DNA of 64,000 bases from Eledone cirrhosa (lineage: Eukaryota). The position numbers were made by a program, and so were the translations under genes. Positions 26,888 through 41,214 of the stretch are shown here, piece after piece. The stretch is from contig OZ024752.1 in NCBI GenBank assembly GCA_964016885.1, positions 33,232,001-33,296,000 of the forward strand. The letters are read 5' to 3'. The first letter of the stretch is position 1; each line of letters begins with the position of its first letter. The notes beneath the pieces are model-generated. The model ran no database searches. It was not told the origin of the DNA and saw only the letters and a list, made by a program, of their open reading frames with translations.

Positions 26888-27390
26888 TTATTTGTACAAA
26901 TTTAGATGCTGATAACTGAGTTACCAGTGTGTAGTCTATCAGGTATGGTATGGTCCCATAACTCCTGATGGAGTTGTAGGGATGTCGTTGGGGCAGAGAG
27001 TATTCCTTAGGCATCGTTTAAGCCTGGCGGAGCTCATCCCTCTCCAGGTTTGAACTCTCCAGGACTCGAACTTGCAACCTCACAATTGCGAATCCAATTC
27101 TCTAGCCACATGTCACACAGACCAACCCCAAGCCCATAACAAGCTTTGTACTCATTACGGAGTCGTGTTGAATAAAATTGCAAATAAAAAAGGGATAAAA
27201 GATTGATAAAAAATCTTTGAGATCGTGGTGCCCCAGCATGGCCTCAGCCTGTCGGTTGGATCACGTACTAGAGTAAAAAAGAAAAACAGGACTGAGACCT
27301 TTGGCGTTACGCAATAATACAAAAGACCTGACTTTCCACAGGTACAGGCCGAAGTTGAAGTATATAGACAGTGTGCCCCCATCCCACTCC

Positions 27391-28700
27391 CACTGTAGAG
27401 TGGTCGTGTAGGTGTCACGACAAGAAGCACCCAGTCTACACTGTAGAGTGGTCGTGTAGGTGTCACGACATAAGACATCCAGCCCACACTGTAGAGTGGT
27501 GTTGTAGGTGTCACGACACGAAGCACCCAGTCTACACTGTAAAGTGGTCATGTAGGTGTCACGACATGAAGCATCCAGCCCACACTGTAGAGTGGTCATG
27601 TAGGTGTCACGACATGAAGCACCCAGTCTACACTGTAAAGTGGTCATGTAGGTGTCACGACATGAAGCATCCAGCCCACACTGTAGAGTGGTCGTGTAGG
27701 TGTCACGACATGAAGCACCCAGTCTACACTGTAGAGTGGTCGTGTAGGTGTCACAACATGAAGCACCCAGTCTACACTGTAGAGTGGTCATGTAGGTGTC
27801 ACGACAAGAAGCACCCAGTCTACACTGTAAAGTGGTCGTGTAGGTGTCACGACATGAAGCATCCAGCCCACACTGTAGAGTGGTCGTGTAGGTGTCACGA
27901 CATGAAGCACCCAGTCTACACTGTAGAGTGGTCGTGTAGGTGTCACAACAAGAAGCATCCAGTCTACACTGTAGAGTGGTCATGTAGGTGTCACGACATG
28001 AAGCACCCAGTCTACACTGTAGAGTGGTCGTGTAGGTGTCACGACATGAAGCACCCAGTCTACACTGTAAAGTGGTCATGTAGGTGTCACAACATGAAGC
28101 ACCCAGTCTACACTGTAGAGTGGTCGTGTAGGTGTCACGACATGAAGCACCCAGTCTACACTGTAAAGTGGTCATGTAGGTGTCACAACAAGAAGCATCC
28201 AGCCCACACTGTAGAGTGGTCGTGTAGGTGTCACGACATGAAGCACCCAGTCTACACTGTAAAGTGGTCATGTAGGTGTCACAACAAGAAGCATCCAGCC
28301 CACACTGTAGAGTGGTCGTGTAGGTGTCACGACATGAAGCACCCAGTCTACACTGTAAAGTGGTCATGTAGGTGTCACGACATGAAGCACCCAGTCTACA
28401 CTGTAGAGTGGTCGTGTAGGTGTCACAACAAGAAGCATCCAGTCTACACTGTAGAGTGGTTATGTAGGTGTCACAACAAGAAGCACCCAGTCTACACTGT
28501 AGAGTGGTCGTGTAGGTGTCACAACAAGAAGCATCCAGTCTACACTGTAGAGTGGTCGTGTAGGTGTCACAAGATAAGGCATCCAGTCTACACTGTAGAA
28601 TGGTCGTGTAGGTGTCATGGCAAAAAACACCCAGACCACACTGTAGAGAGGTCGTGTAGGCGCCACCACAAAGCACCCAGTCAACACTGTAAAGTGGTTG
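27391..28700. repeat. 48-bp tandem array (about 27 copies) expanded inside an RTE-type 3' UTR (27270-28922, +)
   Basis: Unit ctgtagagtggtcgtgtaggtgtcacgacatgaagcacccagtctaca; followed by ggaagggcatccagctgtagaaa...(gat)n. Confidence 0.93.
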
Positions 28701-28932
28701 TGTCGGCGCCACAACTAAAAGCACCCAGTGCTCACTGTAAATGTAGTTGGCATTAGGGAAGGGCATCCAGCTGTAGAAACCAAGCCAAAATCAGTTCTGT
28801 GTGAGCAAGACATGGTCCCCTGACCTGGCATTGCCCACAACAGGACAACTCGTCTAACCCATGCTAGCGAGGAAAAATGGACGTAAAATGGTAATGATGA
28901 TGATGATGATGATGATGATGACATATACTCAC

Positions 28933-29028
28933 AGTCAGAATAACCAACTTCATCCTCCTCAGTGTTTGTACTTCCCCCAGTAAATAATGACTCATCCCTA
29001 CCATCTTCTGACAGCCCAGCATTGCTAC
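28933..29028 (-). CDS. SKAP2: SKAP2-like exon (acidic linker)
   Basis: tttcag|(S)SNAGLSEDGRDESLFTGGSTNTEEDEVGYSD|gtgagt; 96 nt, phase 1-1. Confidence 0.8.
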
Positions 29029-30633
29029 CTGAAATGGAAATAAAGCACAGAAATATTTTTATAAAGTAGCGGAACAAACAATGTAACTTTTAAATGATGT
29101 TGATGTACGTTAGTGTGTTTTGTCCCGTAACTCCTGAGGGAGTCGTAGGGGTGTCATGTTGGCATACAGTATTTCTAGGGCACTTTTTATAACCTGGAGT
29201 CAAATCTACAGATTTGACCTCACCAGAGCAAGGTGCGACACATGGCCAACCCTGGTCAGACTTGCCTTCCAGCGTGGACGACCCGTCTAATCCGTCCATG
29301 CAAACGTGGAGAAATTGACATTAATCGATGCTGATGCTGATGAAGAGGAGGAGGAGCCCATCTCTTCTCCATGTATGAATACAGTAGATTTGTTTCCAGA
29401 GATAGATTGAGGGTGTGATAGAATAGAAGTGAGAAAGAGATATAGAGGGGGGGGGGGGAAAAAAAAAAAAAAAAAAAAAATCGACCCCAGTACTTGACTG
29501 GTACTTTTTTTTATCAACCTTGGAATGGCTGAAAGGCAAAGTTGACTTTGGCACAATTTAAATCCTACCAATGTTAGCTTTGCCTTTCATCCTTATAGGT
29601 GACAATAAAATAAAGCACCAGTAACGCACTGGGGGGTCTATTTAATCATCCCCCCCCCCACACACACACACACCAAAACAATTGTTGGCCTTGTTGCTTA
29701 AATCAGAAACCATTATTTAACCCTTTAGTGGTGAATTGACAGTATCGGTAGAGGGTCGGACGCCATGCTTTGACGCATAGAGTTACGGCCCTTGCCATTC
29801 TGAGTTCAAATCCCGCCGAGGTTAACTTTGCCTTTCATCCTTACGGGGTCGATAAAATAAAGTACCAGTAATGTACTGGGTTATTGCTGGCCTGGTGCCA
29901 ATAGTAGAAACAATTATTTAACCCTTTAGCATTTAAACAGGACGTATCCGGCCAGAATTCTCTCACCTCTATCAGTTCAAACCAGCTATAACCGGCCACT
30001 CATACTGACATTAAGGTATTGTTCTCAAAATAAATGATATCAAAATCTCATACTTTCAATTTTATGTGAAATAATCATGTGAAGTAAAGTCTTTACTGCG
30101 AAAATTGGCGCCACGCAGTAATACAGAAGACCCGCCTTGCCTATGTACAAAGCGAAACCTACAGTCAGTAGGCACCGCTTAACCAAATATACACCCCAAC
30201 TCACTACCCCTACTCCATCCTCCCACTCCCACCAACACCACCCTTTCTCTGTAAAGTTATGTTGGTACCTAAACATCCAGTCCAAATAAATGAGATAATG
30301 AGATCGAGATCGTGTAGGTGTCACAACAAAAAAACTCACAGTCCACGCTGTAATGTGGCCGTGTAGGTAACACGGTAAAAAGTTCCCAGTCCACACTGTA
30401 AATGTGGTTGGTGTTAGGAAGGGCATCCATCCGTAGAAAACCTGCAAACCTGCCAGATAGTCCTATACGAGCAAGACGCGGTCACTCGACCAATCTTGCC
30501 TCAATTGGGACAACTCCCGTCTAACCCATGCTAGCGTGGAAGATAGACATTAAACGATGATGATGATGATGATGATGATGAAGAGAGCAATGCAAATGCT
30601 AAAGGGTTAAAGAAGAAAAGAATTGTTACTTAC

Positions 30634-30807
30634 TAGATTTCGGCACACTTTTTGGACTAGTTCCTACTGGTGGAACTACATCAACCATAAGTTGTGGGTA
30701 TTCTTGCTTCAAATTATTAAATCTTTCCAAGAGTAAGTTCTGGCTCTTCTTTGTATTGCTACTGAGATTTTCATTTTTTAATGTTTCCACAAGAAATTTT
30801 TCCACAT
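30634..30807 (-). CDS. SKAP2: SKAP2-like exon (N-terminal dimerisation domain); the preceding first exon was not found in the window
   Basis: tttcag|(D)VEKFLVETLKNENLSSNTKKSQNLLLERFNNLKQEYPQL...|gtaagt; resembles SKAP2 DVETFVADILKGENLS. Confidence 0.88.
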
Positions 30808-31514
30808 CTGAAAAGAGATGTGCAAATATGAAAATATGAAACTATTTTTTTCAAAATAAATATGTTTGTTAAATGAGGAATTACTTGAGATAAAGGGAAA
30901 AACTAGGCATAAGAGGAATCAAATGCTGTGTGCAGGAGAAGAGGTTGTGTTGGTATGGACATGTGTTGCTTATGAAGAATGACCTTGCCCTATTGCACCT
31001 CTCAATGGTGATGACACATAACCGAGATCTCTGGTGATACGCAGTAATACAGAAGACCCGACTTCCCACAAGCACAAGCTGAAGCATATATACAGTATAC
31101 CCCACCCCAACCTTCCATACACCCCCGCCACACATGCTAGCGTGGAAAATAGACGTAAAGACGGAGGTGATAATACGTGTGTATATATACACAAATACAT
31201 ATATATAGACCATGTGTGTATATATGTATAAACATACGGCCGACACTGTAAAGTAATCATATAGGTGTCACGATAAAAGCACCCAGCCCACACTGTAAGG
31301 TGGACGCGTAAAAGACGTGGCGAAAAGCACCCAGCACACACTGTCAATGTGGTTGGCATTAGGAAGGGCATCCAGCCTTAGAAAACCAGCCAGAAACTCT
31401 CCTATATGAGCAAGACCCAGTCACTTGACCCAACTTGGCTCTAAAAGGGACCCGTGTAACTCATGCTAGTGTGGAAGATAGACGTTAATCGATGGTGGTG
31501 ATGGTGATGATGAT

Positions 31515-32104
31515 GATATATATAATATTATATATATATATAATATTATATATATATATAATATTATATATATATATAATATTATATATATATATAATAT
31601 TATATATATATATAATATTATATATATATATAATATTATATATATATATAATATTATATATATATATATATTATATATATATATAATATTATATATATAT
31701 ATAATATTATATATATATATAATATTATATATATATATAATATATATATATATATAATATTATATATAATATTATATATATATATAATATATATATATAT
31801 ATAATATTATATATAATATTATATATATATATAATATTATATATATATATAATATTATATATATATATAATATTATATATATATAATATTATATATATAT
31901 AATATTATATATATATAATATTATATATATATAATATTATATATATATAATATTATATATATATAATATTATATATATATAATATTATATATATATAATA
32001 TTATATATATATAATATATATATATATAATATTATATATATATAATATATATATATATAATATATATATATATAATATATATATATATAATATATATATA
32101 TATA

Positions 32105-32201
<97 letters not shown>

Positions 32202-32477
32202 TATATATATATAATATATATATATATATATAATATATATATATATATATAATATATATATATATATATAATATATATATATATATAATATATATATATA
32301 TATATAATATATATATAATATATATATATATATAATATATATATAATATATATATATATATAATATATATATATATATAATATATATATATATATAATAT
32401 ATATATATATATATAATATATATATAATATATATATATATATAATATATATATAATATATATATATATATAATATAT

Positions 32478-32530
<53 letters not shown>

Positions 32531-32723
32531 TATATATATAATATATATATATATATATAATATATATATATATATATAATATATATATAATATATATATA
32601 TATATAATATATATATATATATATAATATATATAATATATATATATATATATAATATATATAATATATATAATATATATAATATATATAATATATATAAT
32701 ATATATATATATATATAATATAT

Positions 32724-32767
<44 letters not shown>

Positions 32768-32839
32768 TATATATATATATATATATAATATATATAATAT
32801 ATATAATATATATAATATATATATATATATATAATATAT

Positions 32840-32904
<65 letters not shown>

Positions 32905-32906
32905 AT

Positions 32907-32957
<51 letters not shown>

Positions 32958-32963
32958 ATATAT

Positions 32964-32994
<31 letters not shown>

Positions 32995-33162
32995 ATAATA
33001 TATATATATAATATATAATATATATAAATATATATATAATATATATAATATGTATATATATATAATATATATAATATATATATATATATAATATATATAA
33101 TATATATAATATATAATATATATATATAATATATATAATATATATATATATATAATATATAT

Positions 33163-33194
<32 letters not shown>

Positions 33195-33343
33195 ATTATA
33201 TATATATATATAATATATATATATATAATATATATATATATAATATATATATAATATATATATATATATAATATATATATATAATATATATATAATATAT
33301 ATATATATATAATATATATATATAAATAATATATATATATAAT

Positions 33344-33398
<55 letters not shown>

Positions 33399-33404
33399 AT
33401 ATAT
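31515..33404. repeat. ~1.9-kb interrupted (TA)n tract; similar tracts at about 35825-36180, 36365-37115, 38380-39455, 50310-51150, 59250-60240, 62847-63690
   Basis: Direct reading. Confidence 0.97.
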
Positions 33405-33935
33405 ATAAATCAGGAAAGAAGGTTTACATGGTTTGCTATACAAAAAAGTTTTTAATCACATAGCTTACATTTGTTTCACTGAACTGGTATGTCTAGAGAT
33501 CGCTATCCGCCTAATTTTGCGTCACTCGATCGCCAATACAGAATTATAACCAGTCAGATCTTCGGAGCATGCGAGAATGAAGAAAAATACACAGGCAAGA
33601 AAATAAAAGAAAATATGGAGTAGTTATGGCATTCAATTAGAACAATAAACAACAACAATTATTACAACAATGCTATCAATAAACTATTTAAGGAGACCCT
33701 GACATTACTTAGGTGGGGGGTATATAATGTATCTAATGTTACGGCGTGAAAACCAGCTGTCATAAGGCAAAAAGTATCGTAGTGTGTATCAATTTAAATT
33801 ATAAAGATAAGCTAGTTTTTACAGTCTTTCTCTTCATCTTCAACCGTATACATGAGTGGGACCACTGTCAAAGCTCAATAGTTGTAGAGTTAATACAGAG
33901 GTTAACGAATTAATATACGCATATATCTACGCACG

Positions 33936-34011
<76 letters not shown>

Positions 34012-34288
34012 TAAATACATATACACATATATGTGTACATAGACACATACATACACACTAATATACACTCGTACAAAAATATACATACATGCAAAGAGAA
34101 AAGCGTGCTAATTGTAATATGGCAAAAAGAAGGTAAAGTAACATTGTAGTAGTGAAATGAGAAAAACTAGGATCTAGGATCAAATGATTGTAGCAGCTGA
34201 GAAGGAGTAAGATTGTTGGTAGATGAGGTATTTACAGACTATTGTGTGGTATAGACTTGTGAAGGAAATAGTATACTTAATGAATATA

Positions 34289-34338
<50 letters not shown>

Positions 34339-34734
34339 TGGGTAGTAGGTATCCTAATTTAAAGCTATGTTATGTTGGTTCGATTCACGGAGGTTTGAAT
34401 CTTATGAATTTAGTGGCTATTCTATGCCTGCAGAAGATAGATCTTTCTAACTTATTATTAAGTAGTCTTTTAACATTTCTAAGGATATACAATAGCTCAA
34501 GATCACACAGCCCGCAATAGGACATACCTGTATGTCCTATTGCGGGTATGTCCTATTGCGGGCTGTGTGATCTTGAGCTATTGTATATCCTTAGAAATGT
34601 TAAAAGACTACTTAATAATAAGTTAGAAAGATCTATCTTCTGCAGGCATAGAATAGCCACTAAATTCATAAGATTCAAACCTCCGTGAATCGAACCAACA
34701 TAACATAGCTTTAAATTAGGATACCTACTACCCA

Positions 34735-34772
<38 letters not shown>

Positions 34773-35049
34773 TATATTCATTAAGTATACTATTTCCTTC
34801 ACAAGTCTATACCACACAATAGTCTGTAAATACCTCATCTACCAACAATCTTACTCCTTCTCAGCTGCTACAATCATTTGATCCTAGATCCTAGTTTTTC
34901 TCATTTCACTACTACAATGTTACTTTACCTTCTTTTTGCCATATTACAATTAGCACGCTTTTCTCTTTGCATGTATGTATATTTTTGTACGAGTGTATAT
35001 TAGTGTGTATGTATGTGTCTATGTACACATATATGTGTATATGTATTTA

Positions 35050-35125
<76 letters not shown>

Positions 35126-35824
35126 CGTGCGTAGATATATGCGTATATTAATTCGTTAACCTCTGTATTAACTCTACAACTATTGAGCTTTGACAGTGGT
35201 CCCACTCATGTATACGGTTGAAGATGAAGAGAAAGACTGTAAAAACTAGCTTATCTTTATAATTTAAAATTGATACACACTACGATACTTTTTGCCTTAT
35301 GACAGCTGGTTTTCACGCCGTAACATTAGATACATTATATACCCCCCACCTAAGTAATGTCAGGGTCTCCTTAAATAGTTTATTGATAGCATTGTTGTAA
35401 TAATTGTTGTTGTTTATTGTTCTAATTGAATGCCATAACTACTCCATATTTTCTTTTATTTTCTTGCCTGTGTATTTTCTTCATTCTCGCATGCTCCGAA
35501 GATCTGACTGGTTATAATTCTGTATTGGCGATCGAGTGACGCAAAATTAGGCGGATAGCGATCTCTAGACATACCAGTTCAGTGAAACAAATGTAAGCTA
35601 TGTGATTAAAAACTTTTTTGTATAGCAAACCATGTAAACCTTCTTTCCTGATTTATTATTACTCCAAGTGTTTACAACATAGGAATTACAGCATACCCGC
35701 AGCATCACTATGAAAACGCCTTGTTGAGTCAAACCAAGCCAAGCGTTAATATCATCCACTACCTGGAATACCATAACTGGACTTCACCTAAGTGGACTGC
35801 ATTTAACTATTATTTGTTAATCCG
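33405..35824. mobile_element. Penelope-like element family A: heavily 5'-truncated fold-back palindrome (arms about 33405-34528 and 34546-35656) with right-hand tail to about 35824
   Basis: Right arm 34548-34688 reads MSYCGLCDLELLYILRNVKRLLNNKLERSIFCRHRIATKFIRFKPP*, homologous to the CxxC...CxH C-terminus of the PLE at 45-46.7 kb; (TA)n on both flanks. Confidence 0.85.
35489..35603 (+). ncRNA. Hammerhead ribozyme candidate with long stem II and CCGAAGA core variant (mirror on - strand at 33458-33572)
   Basis: gcatgct-CCGAAGA-tctgactgg...ccagttcagt-GAAA-c-aaat-g-TA^agctatgt. Confidence 0.62.
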
Positions 35825-35838
35825 TATATATAATATAT

Positions 35839-35887
<49 letters not shown>

Positions 35888-36365
35888 TATATATATATAA
35901 TATATATATATATATAATATATTATATATATATTATATATATATATTATATATATTATATATATATTATATATATATATATAATATATATATATATATAA
36001 TATATATATATATATAATATATATATATATAATATATATATAATATATATAATATATATATATATATAATATATATATATAATATATATATATATATAAT
36101 ATATATATATATATAATATATATATATATATAATATATATATATATATAATATATATATATATATAATATATATATATATAATTGTTTCTACTTTAGGCA
36201 CAAGGCCAGCAATTACCCAGTGCGTTACTGGTACTTTATTTCATCGACCCCGTAAGGATGAAAGGCAAAGTCAACCTCGGCGGGATTTGAACTCAGATCG
36301 TAAAGGGACGTAACTATGCTGGAAAGCATGGCGTCCGACCCTCTACCGATACTGCCAATCCACCG

Positions 36366-36406
<41 letters not shown>

Positions 36407-36595
36407 TATATATAATATATATATATATATATAATATCTATATATATAATATATATATATAATATATATATATATATATAATATATATATAATATATATA
36501 TATATATAATATATATATATAATATATATATATATAATATATATATATCATATATATATATATAATATATATATATCATATATATATATATATAT

Positions 36596-36626
<31 letters not shown>

Positions 36627-36669
36627 ATATATAATATATATATATATATAATATATATATATATAATAT

Positions 36670-36733
<64 letters not shown>

Positions 36734-36917
36734 GAGGTAAAAACCTCCCAGCCCCACACTGTAAATGTGGTTGGTGTTAGGAAGGGCATCCAGCTGTAGA
36801 AAACCCGCCAGACAGTCCTATGCGAGGAAAACAATCACTCTTGCCTCAAGTGGGAAAACCCCCGTCCAAACCCATGCAAGCGTGGAACACGGACGTTAAA
36901 CGTTGATGATGATGATG

Positions 36918-36952
<35 letters not shown>

Positions 36953-37064
36953 ATATATATATATATATAATATATATATAATATATATAATATATATATA
37001 ATATATATATATATAATATATATATATATAATATATATATATAATATATATATATATATATAAT

Positions 37065-37096
<32 letters not shown>

Positions 37097-37114
37097 ATAT
37101 ATATATATATATAA

Positions 37115-38380
37115 TCAAAAGGCCTTAAAATTAACCTGGCTAAGACTAAAGTTCTAGTTTGTAAGAAAGAAAATAAGGCGGCGGTCCCCTCCGGGAAGTG
37201 GCCATGCGCAGAGTGTAGGAAAGGCGTAGGTAGATATTCCATTTTGTGTCCCAAATGCAAAGTTTGGGTGCATAAAAGATGTAGTGGGATCACAGGTAAG
37301 CTAACTAAGAAAATAGATTTTACATGTGGCTGGTGTTCTGGGGCAATAAGTAGCAGCAAGTGCCCACAAAATACTAGCTCTTTCAACTGCGCAGAGGGTT
37401 CTATAGAAATAGTGGACAGCTTCCGTTACCTGGGTGACAAAATCAGCAGTGGGGGAGGGTGCTCTGAAAGTACAGTAGCTAGAGTCAGAACTGGGTGGAA
37501 AAAGTTCAGAGAGCTTATACCACTATTAGCCGCTAAAGGGTTCTCCCTAAAAATGAAAGGCAGGTTGTACGATGCCTGCATACGAACAGCAATGTTGCAT
37601 GGCAGTGAGACCTGGGCATTGTGTGCAGAGGATATACGCAGACTAGAGAGGAACGAAGCTTGCATGCTCCGCTGGATGTGTAATAGTAATATACGTGAAC
37701 GACAAAGCATAAACGAACTAAGGAAAAAATTAGAAATAAGAGGGATCAGATGTTGTTTACTCGAGAGAAGGCTACGTTGGTATGGTCACGTGATGCGCAT
37801 GAAGGACGATAGCTGTATAACAAAGTGCAGAGCAATAAAGATAGACGGTAGCCACGGAATAGGCAGACCCAGAAAAACCTGGGACGAGCTGATAAACTCC
37901 GACCTCACACACTTACACCTCACTAAGACAATGTCACTGGACCGAGACCTTTGGCGGTACTCAGTAATAGAGAAGACCCGCCTTACCTAAATACAAAGTA
38001 AAACCTACTACAGTCAGTAGGCATCTCTAACAAAATACACCCCCGTCCCACCACCCCCACCCCATCCACACCGCCCCCTTTCAATGTAAAGTTATGTTGG
38101 TGCCACACCATCCAGGCCGAAACAAATGAGATCGTGTAGGTGTCACGACAAAAAAACACACAGTCCACGCTGTAATGTGGCCGTGTAGGCAACACGGTAA
38201 AAACCTCCCAGACCCACACTGTAAATGTGGTTGGTGTTAGGAAGGGCATCCAGCCGTAGAAAACCCGCCAGACAGTCCTATGCGAGCAAGACAATCACTC
38301 TTGCCTCAAGTGGGAAAACCCCCGTCCAAACCCATGCAAGCGTGGAACACGGACGTTAAACGATGATGATGATGATGATA
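37115..38380 (+). mobile_element. 5'-truncated RTE LINE (RT C-terminal part, 3' UTR, (gat)n tail)
   Basis: ORF 37244-37990 nearly identical to the C-terminal half of 60599-62044; flanked by (TA)n. Confidence 0.9.
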
Positions 38381-38383
38381 TAT

Positions 38384-38442
<59 letters not shown>

Positions 38443-38492
38443 ATATAATATATAATATATATTATATATATATATATATATAATATATATAC

Positions 38493-38523
<31 letters not shown>

Positions 38524-38850
38524 ATATATATACATAAAATATATATACATATAATATATATACATATAATATATATACATATATATACATATAATATATA
38601 TACTTATAATATATATATATATATAATATATATATATATAATATATATATATAATATATATATATAATATATATATATAATATATATATATAATATATAT
38701 ATATAATATATATATATAATATATATATATAATATATATATATAATATATATATATAATATATATATATAATATATATATATAATATATATATATAATAT
38801 TTATATATAATATATATATATAATATATATAATATATATATATAATATAT

Positions 38851-39115
38851 GATATTAAATAAATGGAAACTATATTTATAAAACCATATTTATTTCGTTA
38901 TATATATTTCAGGGATATCATATTAACAATATGTTATGCCTTCTTCAGACAAAATACAATATAAACAGTCTTATAAATAAATAGATACAACATACCTTTC
39001 AATCACCTTGCATTTATTTAATATCATAAATATACTCCAAATACTTGTTGAGTGCTTTTATATCAGTTACAAATATTTACTCGTTGTTAACCCAACAATT
39101 TAAATATAACTTTCC
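38851..39115 (-). mobile_element. Non-coding PLE-type terminal fragment (family E); pieces recur at 50436-50510 (+), 50813-50835 (+), 54673-54832
   Basis: Shared sequence ggttttataaatatagtttccattt[a/g]tttaatatc; carries a hammerhead; embedded in (TA)n. Confidence 0.65.
38891..38956 (-). ncRNA. Type I hammerhead ribozyme
   Basis: - strand: tattttgt-CTGAAGA-agg...cct-GAAA-tatata-TA^acgaaata; 8-bp stem I; palindromic stem III. Confidence 0.72.
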
Positions 39116-39426
39116 ATATATATAATATATATATATTTAATATATATATATATATTTAATATATATATATATATATTTAATATATATATATATATTTAAT
39201 ATATATATATATATATTTAATATATATATATATATTTAATATATATATATATATTTAATATATATATATATATTTAATATATATATATATATTTAATATA
39301 TATATATATATTTAATATATATATATATATTTAATATATATATATATATTTAATATATATATATATATAATATATATATATATATAATATATATATATAT
39401 ATAATATATATATATATATAATATAT

Positions 39427-39458
<32 letters not shown>

Positions 39459-39509
39459 AAATATTAAACAAATAATGAACAAACAATTCCTTATATTAAA
39501 CAAAAAAAG

Positions 39510-39664
39510 TTCACTATTTAACGATCGTTTCTAGGGCATATATGTGTTATAATTGGTATGCATATTTAACAGATCTATGTACAAAATTATACAAAATTAT
39601 ACAAATTATCAAGATTAAATATACAAACCTAACTCATATATACGCCGTCTTCAGAAATAATGAA
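39510..39664 (-). ncRNA. Mirror copy of the long-stem-II hammerhead
   Basis: Reverse complement of 49968-50122 with one substitution noted in stem II. Confidence 0.78.
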
Positions 39665-40434
39665 GTATATTTATTGATAATAACAACAATTCAAAATATC
39701 AGTTCAAAATTGACCAATGAAAACACAAAGGGTTAAAAAGCAGTTTGGTGTGTGTATATACATGTAAAACCCCACACACATTTTACAATAATGTGTGTAT
39801 AATCTGTATGTGCATACTAAAAAGATGGATGCAAATAAAAAATTTCAAGGTTAATATCTCTGTAAGCTTAATGCGCTGATAAGATACGCAATGATACTTA
39901 TGGAGTCAAGCATATAAATATATTTTTTTCATACTCACACATATCAGTATAATCACACATACATGTGCGTATATATATAAATATACACATAACCACGAAC
40001 ACACAAACACACACACTCCCCCACTCACATTTATATATGTGGATATAAAATCATAAGCAAATAGAAATTAAGTCACTCACATAAACACACTGGTACACAC
40101 ATTTCAAGATCAAGATACAGAAATTAGGTGGGAGGGGGGGGGGAGGGGTCAGTATTAGACTGTCAGACCAGACAACCTTAATATAAATGTATCTATAAAT
40201 TATGAAAAATAAAAAAATAAAAACAATAAAGTATAATACATATAATATAATGTACGTACGCATACAGATATACATACACATACATACATGTACGCGCACA
40301 TAGAGATATCTATACATACATACATACACACATACCTATACTGTCATACACACACATACATTTACACGAACATACACATACACATATAAAAAGATATAAA
40401 TACGGACACACACACGCGCAACACATACATACAT

Positions 40435-40485
<51 letters not shown>

Positions 40486-40593
40486 TATACACACACACGT
40501 AGACTCATATATACATACATACACATACATACATTTATACACAAACATATATATCCCACACTCATACCACCATAAAAACACATACAAACATCC

Positions 40594-40649
<56 letters not shown>

Positions 40650-40870
40650 ACATACACACACGTACACACATATGTATATATACATACATATATACACACA
40701 TACACATATATATATATCCACACACACACATAAAATACAGACATGCACATATATATATATATATATATATATATTTCATTACTCTTATATATACACATAG
40801 TATATATACATACACAACCTCACTTATACCCATATACACATAAGTTATATTACAATAATAATAAAGAATA

Positions 40871-40903
<33 letters not shown>

Positions 40904-41052
40904 CATATATATACACACATATACACATATACATACACACACATACACATACATACATACATACACATACATACATACACCTAAATATAAACATATATAA
41001 ATACACACATACGAATAAAGACATATATTCACACATAGACACCTATATACAC

Positions 41053-41084
<32 letters not shown>

Positions 41085-41114
41085 CTATATACACACACAT
41101 ACACATACATACAC

Positions 41115-41154
<40 letters not shown>

Positions 41155-41183
41155 GCACACACATACAGACACACATACACGCT

Positions 41184-41214
<31 letters not shown>

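Noticed and set aside
27261-28766. 501-aa and 461-aa Cys-rich repeat ORFs (metallothionein- or keratin-associated-like)
   Set aside because: Stop-free translations of a 48-bp tandem repeat inside an RTE 3' UTR, open on both strands
34338-34735. Paired 60-aa ORFs MGSRYPNLKL...
   Set aside because: They are the antisense reading of the PLE C-terminal coding remnant
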